Positions 28,237-38,667 are shown, numbered from the stretch's first letter. The stretch is 64,000 bases of DNA from Bacillota bacterium (GCA_021200975.1 JAJQFT010000108.1:186-64185), one strand, 5' to 3'. The notes: generated from the letters alone by a model not told the origin. Numbers and translations: made by a program.

Positions 28237-29778
28237 ATGAAATTTCAAACTCTGTATGTATCCTCCGTTTCAGCCTGCTTTGAACTGGAAAGCACCTCCC
28301 CGTACTACGCCCAAGCGCCCTTTGATGTCACGCTCAACGGCGCGACGGCGCTGCGGGGCGTGCGCACCAACGTTTTTTCCCTGTTTGAGCTCACGGCCGG
28401 AACGGAGTATTGCGTTGCTGTGGGCGGGGATTGCCTGCGCTTCACCACCAAGGCGGAATCCGCCTGCCTGAGCGTCCGGGATTTTGGCGCGGTCGGTGAC
28501 GGCGCGGCGGACGATACCGCCGCCGTGCAGAACGCGATTTATGCCTGCCCGCGCGGCGGGCGGGTGCTTGTCCCGGCGGGGTGCTATGCCGTTCGCCCGC
28601 TGGTGCTCAAGTCGCATCTTACGCTGCATTTGCAGCGCGGGGCGACGCTCCTCGGCGTGACGGAGGAGACGCTCTATCCCCTCTGGCCGGGGGAGGTGCC
28701 AGACGCGCGCACTGGAGAGCCGCACCAAATCAGCACATGGGAGGGCAACCCCATGCGTTGCCGCCAGAGCCTGATTTCTGCCTTCGCGGCGGAGGAGCTC
28801 ACGATTGTGGGCGAGGGCTGCATCGACGGGAATGCGCAAAACTCGACATGGTGGGAGAACGTGAAGGCCAGAACCATCGGCCGCCCGCGGCTGGTGTTTC
28901 TCAACCACTGCGAGAACGTGTCCATCCACGGCATTTTGGGCAAAAATTCCGCTTCTTGGCATTTTCACCCCTATTTCTCCCGGAATATCGATTTCTTTGA
29001 TATGGCGGTGGAGGCGCCGAAGGACAGCCCCAATACCGACGGCCTGAACCCCGAATCCTGCGACGGCGTGCGCATGATTGGGCTGCGCTTCAGCGTGGGT
29101 GATGATGCCATTGCCATCAAATCCGGAAAAAACTACCTTGGCGCGCGCTACCGCGCTCCCGCCATCCGACATGTCATCCGCAACTGCCTGATGGAGTATG
29201 CGCACGGCGCGGTGGTGCTCGGCAGCGAAATGTCCGCGGGCATCCGCGACCTGTCTGTAAGCCAGAGCTATTTCCGCTGCTCTGACCGGGGCCTGCGCAT
29301 CAAAACCCGGCGCGGGCGGGGGAAATACGCGGTGATTGACGGCGTGGAATTCTCCAATATCCGCATGGACAATGTGATGACGCCTATTGTGATGAATATG
29401 TACTATTTCTGCGATCCGGATGGCCATGAGGAAATCGTCTGGAGCAAGGAGCCGCACCCGGTGGACGACACGACCCCCTACTTGGGCTCGTTTACCTTCC
29501 GGGATATGGAATGCACCGATTGCGAGTGGGCGGCGGGCTATTTCTATGGCCTTACAGAGCAGCGCATCGGCAGCGTGACCATTGAGAATGTGCGCTTTAC
29601 CTTCAAGGAGGAGGCCTCCGCCGGTCGCCCGGCGATGATGGACTATGTCGACCCGGTGAGCAAGCTCGGGCTGTACTTCAACTGTGTCGAGCGGGTGCAC
29701 CTGAAAAATGTCAGAGTGCACGGGCAAAGCTCTGAGCTGCTGCTGCTGCAAAATGTGGGAGAGGTGATAGAGGAATGA
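28237..29778 (+). CDS. Glycoside hydrolase family 28 (exo-polygalacturonase-like), no signal peptide
   Basis: GH28 motifs NTDGLNPESCDGV, GDDAIAIKSG and GLRIKT. N-terminal extra beta-domain. Confidence 0.9.
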   Translation: MKFQTLYVSSVSACFELESTSPYYAQAPFDVTLNGATALRGVRTNVFSLFELTAGTEYCVAVGGDCLRFTTKAESACLSVRDFGAVGDGAADDTAAVQNAIYACPRGGRVLVPAGCYAVRPLVLKSHLTLHLQRGATLLGVTEETLYPLWPGEVPDARTGEPHQISTWEGNPMRCRQSLISAFAAEELTIVGEGCIDGNAQNSTWWENVKARTIGRPRLVFLNHCENVSIHGILGKNSASWHFHPYFSRNIDFFDMAVEAPKDSPNTDGLNPESCDGVRMIGLRFSVGDDAIAIKSGKNYLGARYRAPAIRHVIRNCLMEYAHGAVVLGSEMSAGIRDLSVSQSYFRCSDRGLRIKTRRGRGKYAVIDGVEFSNIRMDNVMTPIVMNMYYFCDPDGHEEIVWSKEPHPVDDTTPYLGSFTFRDMECTDCEWAAGYFYGLTEQRIGSVTIENVRFTFKEEASAGRPAMMDYVDPVSKLGLYFNCVERVHLKNVRVHGQSSELLLLQNVGEVIEE

Positions 29779-30920
29779 ACCAGATTGAGCGCTATGTGGA
29801 GCGGATTCTGGCGGAGTCCACCCCGGATCGGCCCCTGTGGAACATCGAAAAAATCCGGCAGGGGAAAATCAACGGCTGGAACTATATCGACGGCTGCATG
29901 ATGACGGCGCTGCTGAATCTGCACGCCATCACCGGCGAGCGGCGGTACTACGATTTTGTGGAGCATTTTCTGGACTACTATGTGTTCGACGACGGCTCCA
30001 TCCGCGGCTACCGCGAAGAGGAATACAACGTCGACAACATCTGCGAGGGGCGGGTGCTGTTTGACGTTTGGCGCCATAGCGGCAAGGAAAAATACCGCCT
30101 CGCAATCGAAACCCTGCATAACCAGCTCCTGCACCACCCCCGCACCCCGGCGGGCAGCTTCTGGCACAAGGCCATCTATCCCAATCAGGTCTGGCTCGAC
30201 GGGCTGTATATGGCGCAGGTGTTCTACGCCCGCTACACCACCGCCTTTGAAAACGGTCAGGCGGCGGAGGATATTTTGCGTCAGTTCTGCACCGTGCGCG
30301 AGAAAATGTTTGATTCGGAAACCGGCCTCTATCGCCACGGCTATGACGCGAGCGGCAAGGCCTTCTGGGCGCAGGCAAACGGCTGCTCCGCCAATTCGTG
30401 GCTGCGCAGCCTCGGCTGGTTCTGCGCCGCGCTGGTGGATGTGAGCGAGGAAATTCCGGCGGAAAATGTTCATTTTCACGAGAAAATGACGGGTATTGCC
30501 AAGGAGCTGGCGAAGAATCTCCTGCCGTATATCGACCGCGAGAGCGGGATGATCTTCCAGGTGCCCACGCAGATTGGCCGCGCGGGGAACTACCCCGAAA
30601 CCTCCGGCTCGGCGATGGTCGCCTACTTCTACTGCAAGGGCGCGCGGCTGGGCATTCTGGATGCCGCCTATGCCCCTGTCGGCGCGCAGATTTTCCGGAG
30701 CATTTGCGAGCGCTATCTGACCGAGACCGACGGTAAGCTGAACCTCGGCGGGATTTGCCTGCTCGCGGGGCTGGGGCCGGAGAGCAACCGCCGCCGGGAT
30801 GGCAGCTTTGAGTATTATATTTCTGAGCCTGTCGTCGAGAACGACGCCAAGGGCTTGGCGCCTTTCCTGATGTGCTATACAGAGCTTCTACAATCCAAAA
30901 AGGAGGATCCTGAACAATGA
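29775..30920 (+). CDS. GH105 unsaturated rhamnogalacturonyl/glucuronyl hydrolase (YteR/YesR-like)
   Basis: Full-length pattern (WNYIDGCMMTALLNLH..., FWHKAIYPNQVWLDGLYM...) typical of GH105. ATGA overlap with the GH28 gene. Confidence 0.85.
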   Translation: MNQIERYVERILAESTPDRPLWNIEKIRQGKINGWNYIDGCMMTALLNLHAITGERRYYDFVEHFLDYYVFDDGSIRGYREEEYNVDNICEGRVLFDVWRHSGKEKYRLAIETLHNQLLHHPRTPAGSFWHKAIYPNQVWLDGLYMAQVFYARYTTAFENGQAAEDILRQFCTVREKMFDSETGLYRHGYDASGKAFWAQANGCSANSWLRSLGWFCAALVDVSEEIPAENVHFHEKMTGIAKELAKNLLPYIDRESGMIFQVPTQIGRAGNYPETSGSAMVAYFYCKGARLGILDAAYAPVGAQIFRSICERYLTETDGKLNLGGICLLAGLGPESNRRRDGSFEYYISEPVVENDAKGLAPFLMCYTELLQSKKEDPEQ

Positions 30921-31708
30921 ATATGTTTGATTTGAGCGGCAAGGTGGCGCTTGTCACCGGCGGGGCGCATTCCATCGGCTTCGCGCTGGGTGTCGGGCTG
31001 GCGAAGGCGGGCGCGACGGTGTGCTTCAACTGCTCCAACGAGGGCAGCCGCGAGCGCGGCGTTGCCGCCTACGCGAAGGAGGGCATCACGGTGCACGGCT
31101 ATGTCGCGGATGTAACCGACGAGGCCGCGGTGCAGCAGCTTGTGCAGCAGATTGCCGAGGAGGTCGGCACGATTGACATCCTCGTGAACAATGCGGGTGT
31201 GATTAAGCGTATCCCCATGACCGAAATGTCGGTAGAGGACTTCTCAAAGGTAATCGACGTGGATTTGGTCGCGCCCTTCATCGTGTCTAAGGCGGTCATT
31301 CCCGGCATGATTGCGAAGGGGCATGGCAAAATCATCAATATCTGCTCGATGATGAGCGAGCTGGGGCGTGAAACCGTATCGGCCTACGCCGCTGCTAAGG
31401 GCGGCCTGAAAATGCTGACGCGCAACATCTGCTCGGAGTATGGCGAGGCCAACATTCAATGCAACGGCATCGGCCCGGGCTACATCGCCACCCAGCAGAC
31501 CGCGCCGCTGCGCGAGCCGCAGCCGGATGGCAGCCGCCACCCCTTTGACCAGTTCATCATCTCCAAAACCCCTGCCGGGCGCTGGGGCACCACCGACGAT
31601 TTGGTGGGGCCGACGGTGTTCCTCGCCAGCGACGCCAGCAATTTTGTGAACGGCCACATTCTGTACGTCGATGGCGGCATTTTGGCCTACATTGGCAAGC
31701 AGCCCTAA
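30917..31708 (+). CDS. SDR oxidoreductase, gluconate 5-dehydrogenase / KduD-like
   Basis: Rossmann motif TGGAHSIG, NNAG, catalytic YAAAKGG, and INICSMMSELGR as in the IdnO/KduD clade. Confidence 0.88.
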   Translation: MNMFDLSGKVALVTGGAHSIGFALGVGLAKAGATVCFNCSNEGSRERGVAAYAKEGITVHGYVADVTDEAAVQQLVQQIAEEVGTIDILVNNAGVIKRIPMTEMSVEDFSKVIDVDLVAPFIVSKAVIPGMIAKGHGKIINICSMMSELGRETVSAYAAAKGGLKMLTRNICSEYGEANIQCNGIGPGYIATQQTAPLREPQPDGSRHPFDQFIISKTPAGRWGTTDDLVGPTVFLASDASNFVNGHILYVDGGILAYIGKQP

Positions 31709-31928
31709 GGGAACCTATGAGCAAATCGCCTGCGGCGTCTAGCATCGCCTTTTGCGCCGCAAATGCGGTTTGAAAAATGGGAAATACACCAAGTATTGCT
31801 CCGCTTTTCAAACCTTTTTGCAGCACAAAATTCAACGCTATCCACTCTTGCCGATTTATTTAGAGCTTCCCTAAGGGGAAGGAAAAAGAGAATTTTCACA
31901 TTTTGGACAATTTCAGGAGGGCATTCCA

Positions 31929-33428
31929 ATGGAAAAGTTAAATTACGAGGTGCTTAAAAAGGCCGGTTACGACGGCTATATTCTCGAGTCCGCGCCGGAA
32001 AAGGTGCTGCAATTCGGCGAGGGGAACTTCCTGCGCGCGTTTGTGGACTACTGGTTCGACCTGGCGAATGAGAAGGCCGACTGGAACGGAAAATGTGTGC
32101 TGGTGCAGCCCATCGCGCCCGGACTGGCGAAGATGATTAACGAGCAGGAGGGGCTCTACACGCTCTACCTGCGCGGCAGCCAGAATGGGCAGAAGGTGGA
32201 TGACAAGCGGGTGATTTCCTCTGTATCGCGCTGCCTGAACCCCTACGAAGCGGCGGATTTTGACGCCATGATGGTGGTCGCCGCCTCGGATGCGCTGGAA
32301 ATCATCGTCTCCAATACCACGGAGGCCGGCATCGTCTATGACCCTGCCTGCGCCCTGACCGATGTGCCGGCCGCCTCCTTCCCCGGCAAGCTGACGCAGG
32401 TGCTGTACCACCGCTATCAGGCCGGGAAGAAGGGTGTCATCATGCTAGCCTGCGAGCTGATTGACAACAACGGCAAGGAGCTGCAAAAATGCGTGAATCA
32501 GTACATCGAGCAGTGGGGGCTGGGCGAGGACTTCTATAATTATGTAAACCACGATTGCACATTCTGCGGCTCGCTGGTGGATCGCATTGTGCCCGGCCGC
32601 ATCCGCGACCCGCAGGAGGTCGCCGAGCTGGAGCGCAGGCACGGCTATGCCGACCCGCTGCTGGATGTAGGCGAGGCGTTCGGCGTGTGGGTGATTGAGG
32701 GCAACCCGAAGCTCAATGACATCCTGCCCTTCCGCAAGGCGGGGCTGGAGGACAAGGTTTTCGTCGTGCCGGATATGACCCCCTACAAGAAGCGCAAGGT
32801 GCGCATCCTCAACGGCGCGCACACCGGCTTCGTGTTGGGCGCGTATCTCGCTGGGTTCGATATCGTGCGCGATTGTATGCATAACGAAACCATCCTCGGC
32901 TACATGAATAAAATGCTGCTCGACGAAATCGTGCCCATTCTGCCGCTGGACCAGCAGGATTGCCGCAATTTTGCCGCTGCGGTGCAGGATCGCTTCAACA
33001 ATCCCTTCGTCAACCACGAGCTGATGAGCATCTCGCTGAACTCCACCTCCAAGTGGCGCGCGCGGAATATGCCGAGCTTTTTGGAATATGTGCAGAAAAA
33101 CGGCTGCCTGCCCACCTGCCTGACCATGAGCTTCGCCGCCTATATCGCCTTCTTCTCCAATGACATCCAAGAGCTAAACGAGAAGGGCCTGGTCTGCCGC
33201 CGCCCGAAGGGCGACAGCTACACCTGCTCCGACGACCGCTGGGCGCTGGAATTCTACTATGCCCACCGCGGCGACTCGGTGGAGGAGCTGGTACACGCTG
33301 TGATGACCAACACCCAGATGTGGGGACAGGATTTGACCCAGATCCATGGCTTCGAGGCGGCTACGGTGGCCAACCTGACGAAGATCCGCACCGAGGGTGC
33401 GCTCGCGGCCTACGCCTCCTGCCTGTAA
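31929..33428 (+). CDS. uxaB: Tagaturonate reductase (altronate oxidoreductase)
   Basis: Full-length mannitol-dehydrogenase-family pattern with the UxaB-type N-terminus VLQFGEGNFLRAFVDYW. Confidence 0.88.
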   Translation: MEKLNYEVLKKAGYDGYILESAPEKVLQFGEGNFLRAFVDYWFDLANEKADWNGKCVLVQPIAPGLAKMINEQEGLYTLYLRGSQNGQKVDDKRVISSVSRCLNPYEAADFDAMMVVAASDALEIIVSNTTEAGIVYDPACALTDVPAASFPGKLTQVLYHRYQAGKKGVIMLACELIDNNGKELQKCVNQYIEQWGLGEDFYNYVNHDCTFCGSLVDRIVPGRIRDPQEVAELERRHGYADPLLDVGEAFGVWVIEGNPKLNDILPFRKAGLEDKVFVVPDMTPYKKRKVRILNGAHTGFVLGAYLAGFDIVRDCMHNETILGYMNKMLLDEIVPILPLDQQDCRNFAAAVQDRFNNPFVNHELMSISLNSTSKWRARNMPSFLEYVQKNGCLPTCLTMSFAAYIAFFSNDIQELNEKGLVCRRPKGDSYTCSDDRWALEFYYAHRGDSVEELVHAVMTNTQMWGQDLTQIHGFEAATVANLTKIRTEGALAAYASCL

Positions 33429-33478
33429 TCAGAGAATAGACGGAACCTCAGGCCGCCGCTTTGCGGCGGCCTATCCCA

Positions 33479-33530
33479 CGGAAGCTTCCTGCGGCGCATT
33501 GCGCGATGAGCCGGCTGGCAGAGGGCTTCC
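33479..33530. repeat. Copy of the palindromic intergenic repeat
   Basis: GGAAGCTTCCTGCGGCGCATTGCG ... GGCAGAGGGCTTCCC. Confidence 0.45.
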
Positions 33531-33551
33531 CAACGAATAAAGGAGATTTCT

Positions 33552-35024
33552 ATGCCGAATTTTCTACAGATTCACCCCGGCGATAATGTGGCGGTCGCGC
33601 TGCACCCCATCCCCGCCGGGACGTGCTTTGCCGGGGTTACCGCCGTGACGGAGATCCCGCAGGGGCATAAAATGGCGCTGCGCGCGCTGAAAAGCGGCGA
33701 GCAGGTCGTCAAGTACGGCTTTTCCATCGGCCACGCTACGGCCGAAATCGCCGCCGGGGAATGGGTGCATACGCACAATATGGCCACTAACCTCTCCGGC
33801 GAGATGGAGTATACCTATTGCCCGCAGATTTCCCATCCCGTGCCGGAGCCGACCGCAAGCTTCCTGGGCTACCGCCGCAAGAATGGCGCTGTGGGCATCC
33901 GCAACGAGATTTGGATTATTCCCACCGTTGGCTGCGTCAATGATGTGGCGAAGGCGCTCGTGCGCGACAATCAGGGGCTGGTGCGGGGCACGATCGACGG
34001 GCTGTACGCCTTCCCGCATCCCTTCGGCTGCTCCCAAACGGGCGCCGACCATGCGCAGACCCGCAAGCTCCTCGCGGCGCTTGCCCGCCATCCCAATGCC
34101 GGGGCGGTGCTGGTGCTGAGCCTCGGCTGCGAGAACCTGACGCATGAGCAGTTCGTCTCGGAGCTGGGGGACTATGACCCCGAGCGGGTGAAATTCCTGT
34201 GCTGCCAGCAGGTGGATGACGAGCTGGCCGCTGGCGCGGTGCTTCTGGAGCAGTGCGCGCGGTATGCCGGGCAGTTCGCCCGCGAGCCGATTCCTGCCTC
34301 CGAATTGGTGGTGGGCATGAAGTGCGGCGGCTCGGACGGCCTCTCGGGCATCACCGCCAATCCCACGGTCGGCCGCTTCTCGGATCGGCTCGTCGCGCAG
34401 GGCGGCTCCACCGTGCTCACCGAGGTGCCGGAGATGTTCGGCGCGGAGGGTTTCCTGATGAACCGCTGCATCGACAAGGGCGTGTTCGCCAAGGCGGTGG
34501 ATATGATTAACGGCTTCAAAAATTACTTTCTGCGTCATAACGAGGTCGTCTACGACAATCCCAGCCCCGGCAACAAGCAGGGCGGCATCACGACGCTGGA
34601 GGATAAGTCCTGCGGCTGCGTGCAAAAGGGCGGCTCGGCGCCGATCATGGACGTGATTGGCTATGGCGACGCGGTGCGCGTAAAGGGGTTGAATATGCTC
34701 TATGGGCCGGGTAACGACCTTGTATCCGCAACGGCGCTCACCGCCGCGGGCGCGCACCTGATTCTGTTCACAACCGGGCGCGGCACGCCCTTCGGCGCGC
34801 CGGCTCCCACGCTGAAAATTGCGACCAATACGCCGCTGGCGTGCAAGAAATCCGGCTGGATCGATTTCAATGCCGGGGTCGTAGCGGATGGCGAGCAGAC
34901 CTTGGACGAGGCGGCGGACGGCCTGCTGCGGCTCGTGCTGGAGACTGCCTCCGGCAAGCAGACCTGTGCCGAGCGCAAGGGCTTCCGGGAGATTTCGATT
35001 TTTAAGGACGGCGTCGTGCTGTAG
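33552..35024 (+). CDS. uxaA: Altronate dehydratase
   Basis: N-terminal SAF domain (IHPGDNVAVAL) plus a large UxaA/GarD dehydratase domain. Full length. Confidence 0.9.
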   Translation: MPNFLQIHPGDNVAVALHPIPAGTCFAGVTAVTEIPQGHKMALRALKSGEQVVKYGFSIGHATAEIAAGEWVHTHNMATNLSGEMEYTYCPQISHPVPEPTASFLGYRRKNGAVGIRNEIWIIPTVGCVNDVAKALVRDNQGLVRGTIDGLYAFPHPFGCSQTGADHAQTRKLLAALARHPNAGAVLVLSLGCENLTHEQFVSELGDYDPERVKFLCCQQVDDELAAGAVLLEQCARYAGQFAREPIPASELVVGMKCGGSDGLSGITANPTVGRFSDRLVAQGGSTVLTEVPEMFGAEGFLMNRCIDKGVFAKAVDMINGFKNYFLRHNEVVYDNPSPGNKQGGITTLEDKSCGCVQKGGSAPIMDVIGYGDAVRVKGLNMLYGPGNDLVSATALTAAGAHLILFTTGRGTPFGAPAPTLKIATNTPLACKKSGWIDFNAGVVADGEQTLDEAADGLLRLVLETASGKQTCAERKGFREISIFKDGVVL

Positions 35025-35050
35025 CGCCAAAAGGAGATAAAAAGCAAATC

Positions 35051-36445
35051 ATGGCATCCTCTGTTTCCAAGCAGGACGAGGCCTTCCGCGCCTACGCGCT
35101 GGAGGCACCGCCTCTGCGGGTACTGCTTACGACCTGCGCGCCGCTGGCGCTCTTTCAGGCGCTGCAAAGCATCTTCAAAATCATGGATTCGCTCATGGCC
35201 TCCTATATCAGCGCCGATGCGGTGTCCGCCGTGTCCTGCCTGAGCCAGATCACGCTGATGATTACAGCGCTCGGCTCCGGCCTCGCGGTGGGCGGCAGCA
35301 TCCGGATTTCCGAGGCCTATGGCCGCGGAGACTACGAAGCGGTGGGGAAATTGGTGGCGACGGTGTATGCGCTTGCGGGAATCGTGAGCGCGCTTGTGGC
35401 GGCGACGCTGATTCCTTTCGCCGTGCCATTCCTGCGGCTGCTGCAAACGCCGGAGGATCTGATTGCCACCGGCGTGGGCTACTTCCGGGTGGAGGTGCTC
35501 ACGCTTGTCATCAACTTTTTCAATACGGTCTACCTTGCCATTGAGCGCAGCCGGGGTCATGCGCGGAAAATCCTGCTGCTGAATCTTGCCGTTACGGTCG
35601 TGAAGCTGGGGCTTTCCGCGATTTTCGTGTATGTGCTGCAATCCGGACTGCTGCTGCTGGCGGTGGCGACGCTGATTGGGCAGAGCCTCATGCTGGCCTA
35701 CGCGCTCCTGTCCATGCGCTTCGACGACGGTGCCTTCCGCGTTTCGGCGGGCAGCATCCGTATGGAGCGCAAAATCATCGGCCCGATTTTAAACCTCTCC
35801 TACCCGGTTACGGCGGAGAAAATGCTGTTTGCGGCGGGAAAGGTGATTGTCAACGCCATGTCGGCGATGTATGGCAGCCTCACCGTGGGCGCGCTGGGCA
35901 TTTCCAACAACATCGGCGGGCTTACGACCAACTGGCACTCCGGCTTTGCCGATGGCGCTGCGCCGCTGATCAGCCAGAACCGCGGCGCGCGAAAGTACCG
36001 CCGCACGCTCCAAATTTACTACTGGCTTTTGGCGGTAGACGTGGCGGTGGGGCTGATCGGGCTACTGCTGGTATCGCAGACGCTGCCCTTCCTCGCCGGC
36101 ATTTTCGCCCAGTCCAAGAATCAGTTCGACCAAGAATTCTGCGACATGATTGTGGCCATCCACCGCTGGGAGATGGTGGGCTATGTCACGCTTGGCATCA
36201 ACTCCGCCACGGTGGCGCTGCTGCTGGGCTACGGCTATACCAAGCTCGCGATGGTGCTCAATGTAATGCGGGTGTTCGTCTTCCGTGTGCCGGTGCTGTG
36301 GGCGTTTCAGCAGTTCACCTCGCTGGGGGCGGAGGCCACCGGCATGACCATGATGGTGAGCAATGTTGCCACCGGGGTCGAGGCGATTGTGATTGCCATC
36401 CCGGTGGTGCTGAAGATTCGCGCGCTCGCCAAGGCGGAGGAATAG
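35051..36445 (+). CDS. MATE-family efflux transporter
   Basis: 12-TM protein with the internal duplication typical of MATE/NorM. Confidence 0.85.
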   Translation: MASSVSKQDEAFRAYALEAPPLRVLLTTCAPLALFQALQSIFKIMDSLMASYISADAVSAVSCLSQITLMITALGSGLAVGGSIRISEAYGRGDYEAVGKLVATVYALAGIVSALVAATLIPFAVPFLRLLQTPEDLIATGVGYFRVEVLTLVINFFNTVYLAIERSRGHARKILLLNLAVTVVKLGLSAIFVYVLQSGLLLLAVATLIGQSLMLAYALLSMRFDDGAFRVSAGSIRMERKIIGPILNLSYPVTAEKMLFAAGKVIVNAMSAMYGSLTVGALGISNNIGGLTTNWHSGFADGAAPLISQNRGARKYRRTLQIYYWLLAVDVAVGLIGLLLVSQTLPFLAGIFAQSKNQFDQEFCDMIVAIHRWEMVGYVTLGINSATVALLLGYGYTKLAMVLNVMRVFVFRVPVLWAFQQFTSLGAEATGMTMMVSNVATGVEAIVIAIPVVLKIRALAKAEE

Positions 36446-36456
36446 GAGGAGTTTCC

Positions 36457-37110
36457 ATGCCCACCATTTACTATATTGGCGACAGCACCGTGGCGCGCAA
36501 TACGATTTTCACCTATCCGCAGGCCGGGCTTTCGCAGGGGCTGGCGTGGTATCTGCGCGACGGTGTGCAGCTGCGCAGCTTTGGCAAGAACGGCCGCAGC
36601 AGCAAGTCCTTCTTAGACGAGGGGCGCTTCGCGCCGGTTGCCGCGGCCATGCAGCCGGGCGACTACCTGCTCATCCAGTTCGGGAATAACGACGAGAAGC
36701 CTGACCTCGCGCGCCACACCGACCCGGAAACCACCTTCCGGGAGAATCTGCGTTTTTTTGTGGCTGCGGCGCGCCGCGCGCACGCACGGCCGGTGCTGAT
36801 TACCCCCATTGCCCGGCGGCATTTTGACGCTGACGGAGCTTTCCTGCCCGGCAGCCACGGGGCGTATCCCGATGCGATTCGCGCGCTGGGCACGCAGGAG
36901 GGTGTGCCCGTGCTGGATATGACCGCGCGGACGGAGGCGTACCTTGCCCTGCTCGGCGTCGCGCTGAGCAAGCCGCTTTTCATGTGGCCGCAGGATAATA
37001 CTCACCTGCGCGCGGCGGGCGCGGTGCAGCTTGCTGGGCTGCTTGCCGAGGAGCTGCGCGCGCTGGGAGAGCCGTATTGCGGCCTGCTCGCCGCCCCGGA
37101 GGAGGAGTAG
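36457..37110 (+). CDS. SGNH/GDSL hydrolase (rhamnogalacturonan acetylesterase-like)
   Basis: Block I YIGDSTV, block III FGNNDE, block V QDNTHL. ATG at 36457 after GGAGGAG. Confidence 0.85.
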   Translation: MPTIYYIGDSTVARNTIFTYPQAGLSQGLAWYLRDGVQLRSFGKNGRSSKSFLDEGRFAPVAAAMQPGDYLLIQFGNNDEKPDLARHTDPETTFRENLRFFVAAARRAHARPVLITPIARRHFDADGAFLPGSHGAYPDAIRALGTQEGVPVLDMTARTEAYLALLGVALSKPLFMWPQDNTHLRAAGAVQLAGLLAEELRALGEPYCGLLAAPEEE

Positions 37111-37140
37111 GAGCCGGGCGCGCTTTGAAAAAAGGAAAAA

Positions 37141-37176
37141 GGGCAGCGGAGGGAATCGCCTCCGCTGCCCTTTTGC
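37141..37176. terminator. Bidirectional Rho-independent terminator between convergent operons
   Basis: GGGCAGCGGAGG-GAATCG-CCTCCGCTGCCC flanked by an A-run and a TTTTG run. Confidence 0.75.
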
Positions 37177-37185
37177 AGAGCTTGC

Positions 37186-38667
37186 TTAAAGGATTAAATC
37201 ATATTTTTCCACGTCCACCAGTACCTCGCCGTCGGATTCAAAGCTGATGCCGTCGGCGGTCTGCGGGGTGTAGATGACGGTGGTGAGCGTCTGCTCGCCG
37301 CCGTTGACGAAGATTTCCGCGCTGTAGCGATCCAGCAGGATCCGCAGCTCCAGCTCACCGCCGCGGTCGCGCACCTGACATTCGCGCTCGTGGACGAAGT
37401 CCCGGTTCAGGCCCGAGTGGACGCGGCTCAGGTGCAGCACTGAGCTATCCGGCCGATAGGAAACGGAGGTGTAGTGGCGGCTGCCCTTGGCAAATTTAAT
37501 GCGGAAGAAGCCATAGCTCGCGCCGGGCTTCGGATAGACCCGCACCGTCATATCCGCCACGCGGCCGTATACGCCCGCAAGGGTGCTTTCCTCATGCACG
37601 CGCACATGGCGGTAGCCGACCCGGCGTCCATGCAGCTCGTCCAGCTCCCTCGCCGGGCGCTGAATCAGGCGGTCGTCCCGCCACTCCAATTCGCGGGGGA
37701 AGGTCAGCTGACCGAACCATTTCCATTCCGACGGCTGCCCCGCGAGGGCGTCCCAGTTCTGCATCCATGCAATCATCAGGCGGCGGCCATCCGGCGCGAG
37801 GGTGGTCTGCGTGGCGTAGAAGTCAAGGCCGTAGTCCACGCTTGCGATGCTCTGCCGGAAGAATTCGTCGGTTTTCGGATTGTAGTCGCCCGCAATGCAC
37901 ACGACGCCGTTGCCGTTATGGAATTCCATGCCCACATTGTCCATGTCCTGCGGGGAGGTGAGAATCAGGTGTTTCCCGCCGAGCGGGAAGAAATCCGGGC
38001 ATTCCCACATCCGGCCGTACTCGTTGCGGCTGCGGTCGAGGATGGCGCGGAAATGCCAATGGAAGGCGTCGGGGCTGCGGAACAGGAGAATTGCCCCGCT
38101 GCCGTCCGCCGCGCGGCAGCCGGTGACACAGGAGTAGCTCCCGTCCTCCTCCTGCCAGATTTTGGGGTCGCGGAAATCCACCTCCGAGAAGCCCTCGGGC
38201 AGATCCGCGCCGGTGAGCACGGGGTTGAGAGGGTATTTGGTGTAGTTCTCCCCGTCGCCAAGCGCGAGGCATTGATTCTGGATTCCCTTGTCCATCTCGT
38301 CGTCGGTTTCCTTGCGCACGCCGGTGTACATCAGCAGGTGCCGGCCGTCCGGCAGGGTGAGGGCGGAGCCGGAGAAGCAGCCGCTGCTGTCGCACTTCGC
38401 CTCGGGGGCGAGGGCGGCGGGCAGGTATTGCCAATGAATCAAATCCTTGCTGACGGCGTGCCCCCAGTGCATTGGCCCCCAGTTGGTCGCATAGGGGTAG
38501 TATTGGTAGAAAATGTGGTACATCCCATTGTACCAGCAGAATCCATTGGGGTCGTTCATCCAGCCAATTCTCGGGCAGAGATGGTAGGCAGGGCGGTCGG
38601 CGGGCGGGATATCGGCGGTGTGAGCGGCTTCGTAGTCCCTTGCCGCTTGCAGAGTAAAGGTACGCAT
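37186..38667 (-). CDS. GH32 beta-fructofuranosidase (sucrose-6-P hydrolase/fructanase type), cytoplasmic
   Basis: WMNDPNG, FRDPKIW and WECPDFF motifs. AAGGAG RBS. Confidence 0.92.
   Translation of the reverse strand: MRTFTLQAARDYEAAHTADIPPADRPAYHLCPRIGWMNDPNGFCWYNGMYHIFYQYYPYATNWGPMHWGHAVSKDLIHWQYLPAALAPEAKCDSSGCFSGSALTLPDGRHLLMYTGVRKETDDEMDKGIQNQCLALGDGENYTKYPLNPVLTGADLPEGFSEVDFRDPKIWQEEDGSYSCVTGCRAADGSGAILLFRSPDAFHWHFRAILDRSRNEYGRMWECPDFFPLGGKHLILTSPQDMDNVGMEFHNGNGVVCIAGDYNPKTDEFFRQSIASVDYGLDFYATQTTLAPDGRRLMIAWMQNWDALAGQPSEWKWFGQLTFPRELEWRDDRLIQRPARELDELHGRRVGYRHVRVHEESTLAGVYGRVADMTVRVYPKPGASYGFFRIKFAKGSRHYTSVSYRPDSSVLHLSRVHSGLNRDFVHERECQVRDRGGELELRILLDRYSAEIFVNGGEQTLTTVIYTPQTADGISFESDGEVLVDVEKYDLIL

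Noticed and set aside
29929-31038. A 369-aa Arg/Pro/Ser-rich minus-strand ORF and several Arg-rich plus-strand ORFs (for example 14242-14754 and 44991-45608).
   Set aside because: These are off-frame readings of GC-rich coding DNA with extreme R/P/A composition. Each fully overlaps a gene that has clear family motifs.
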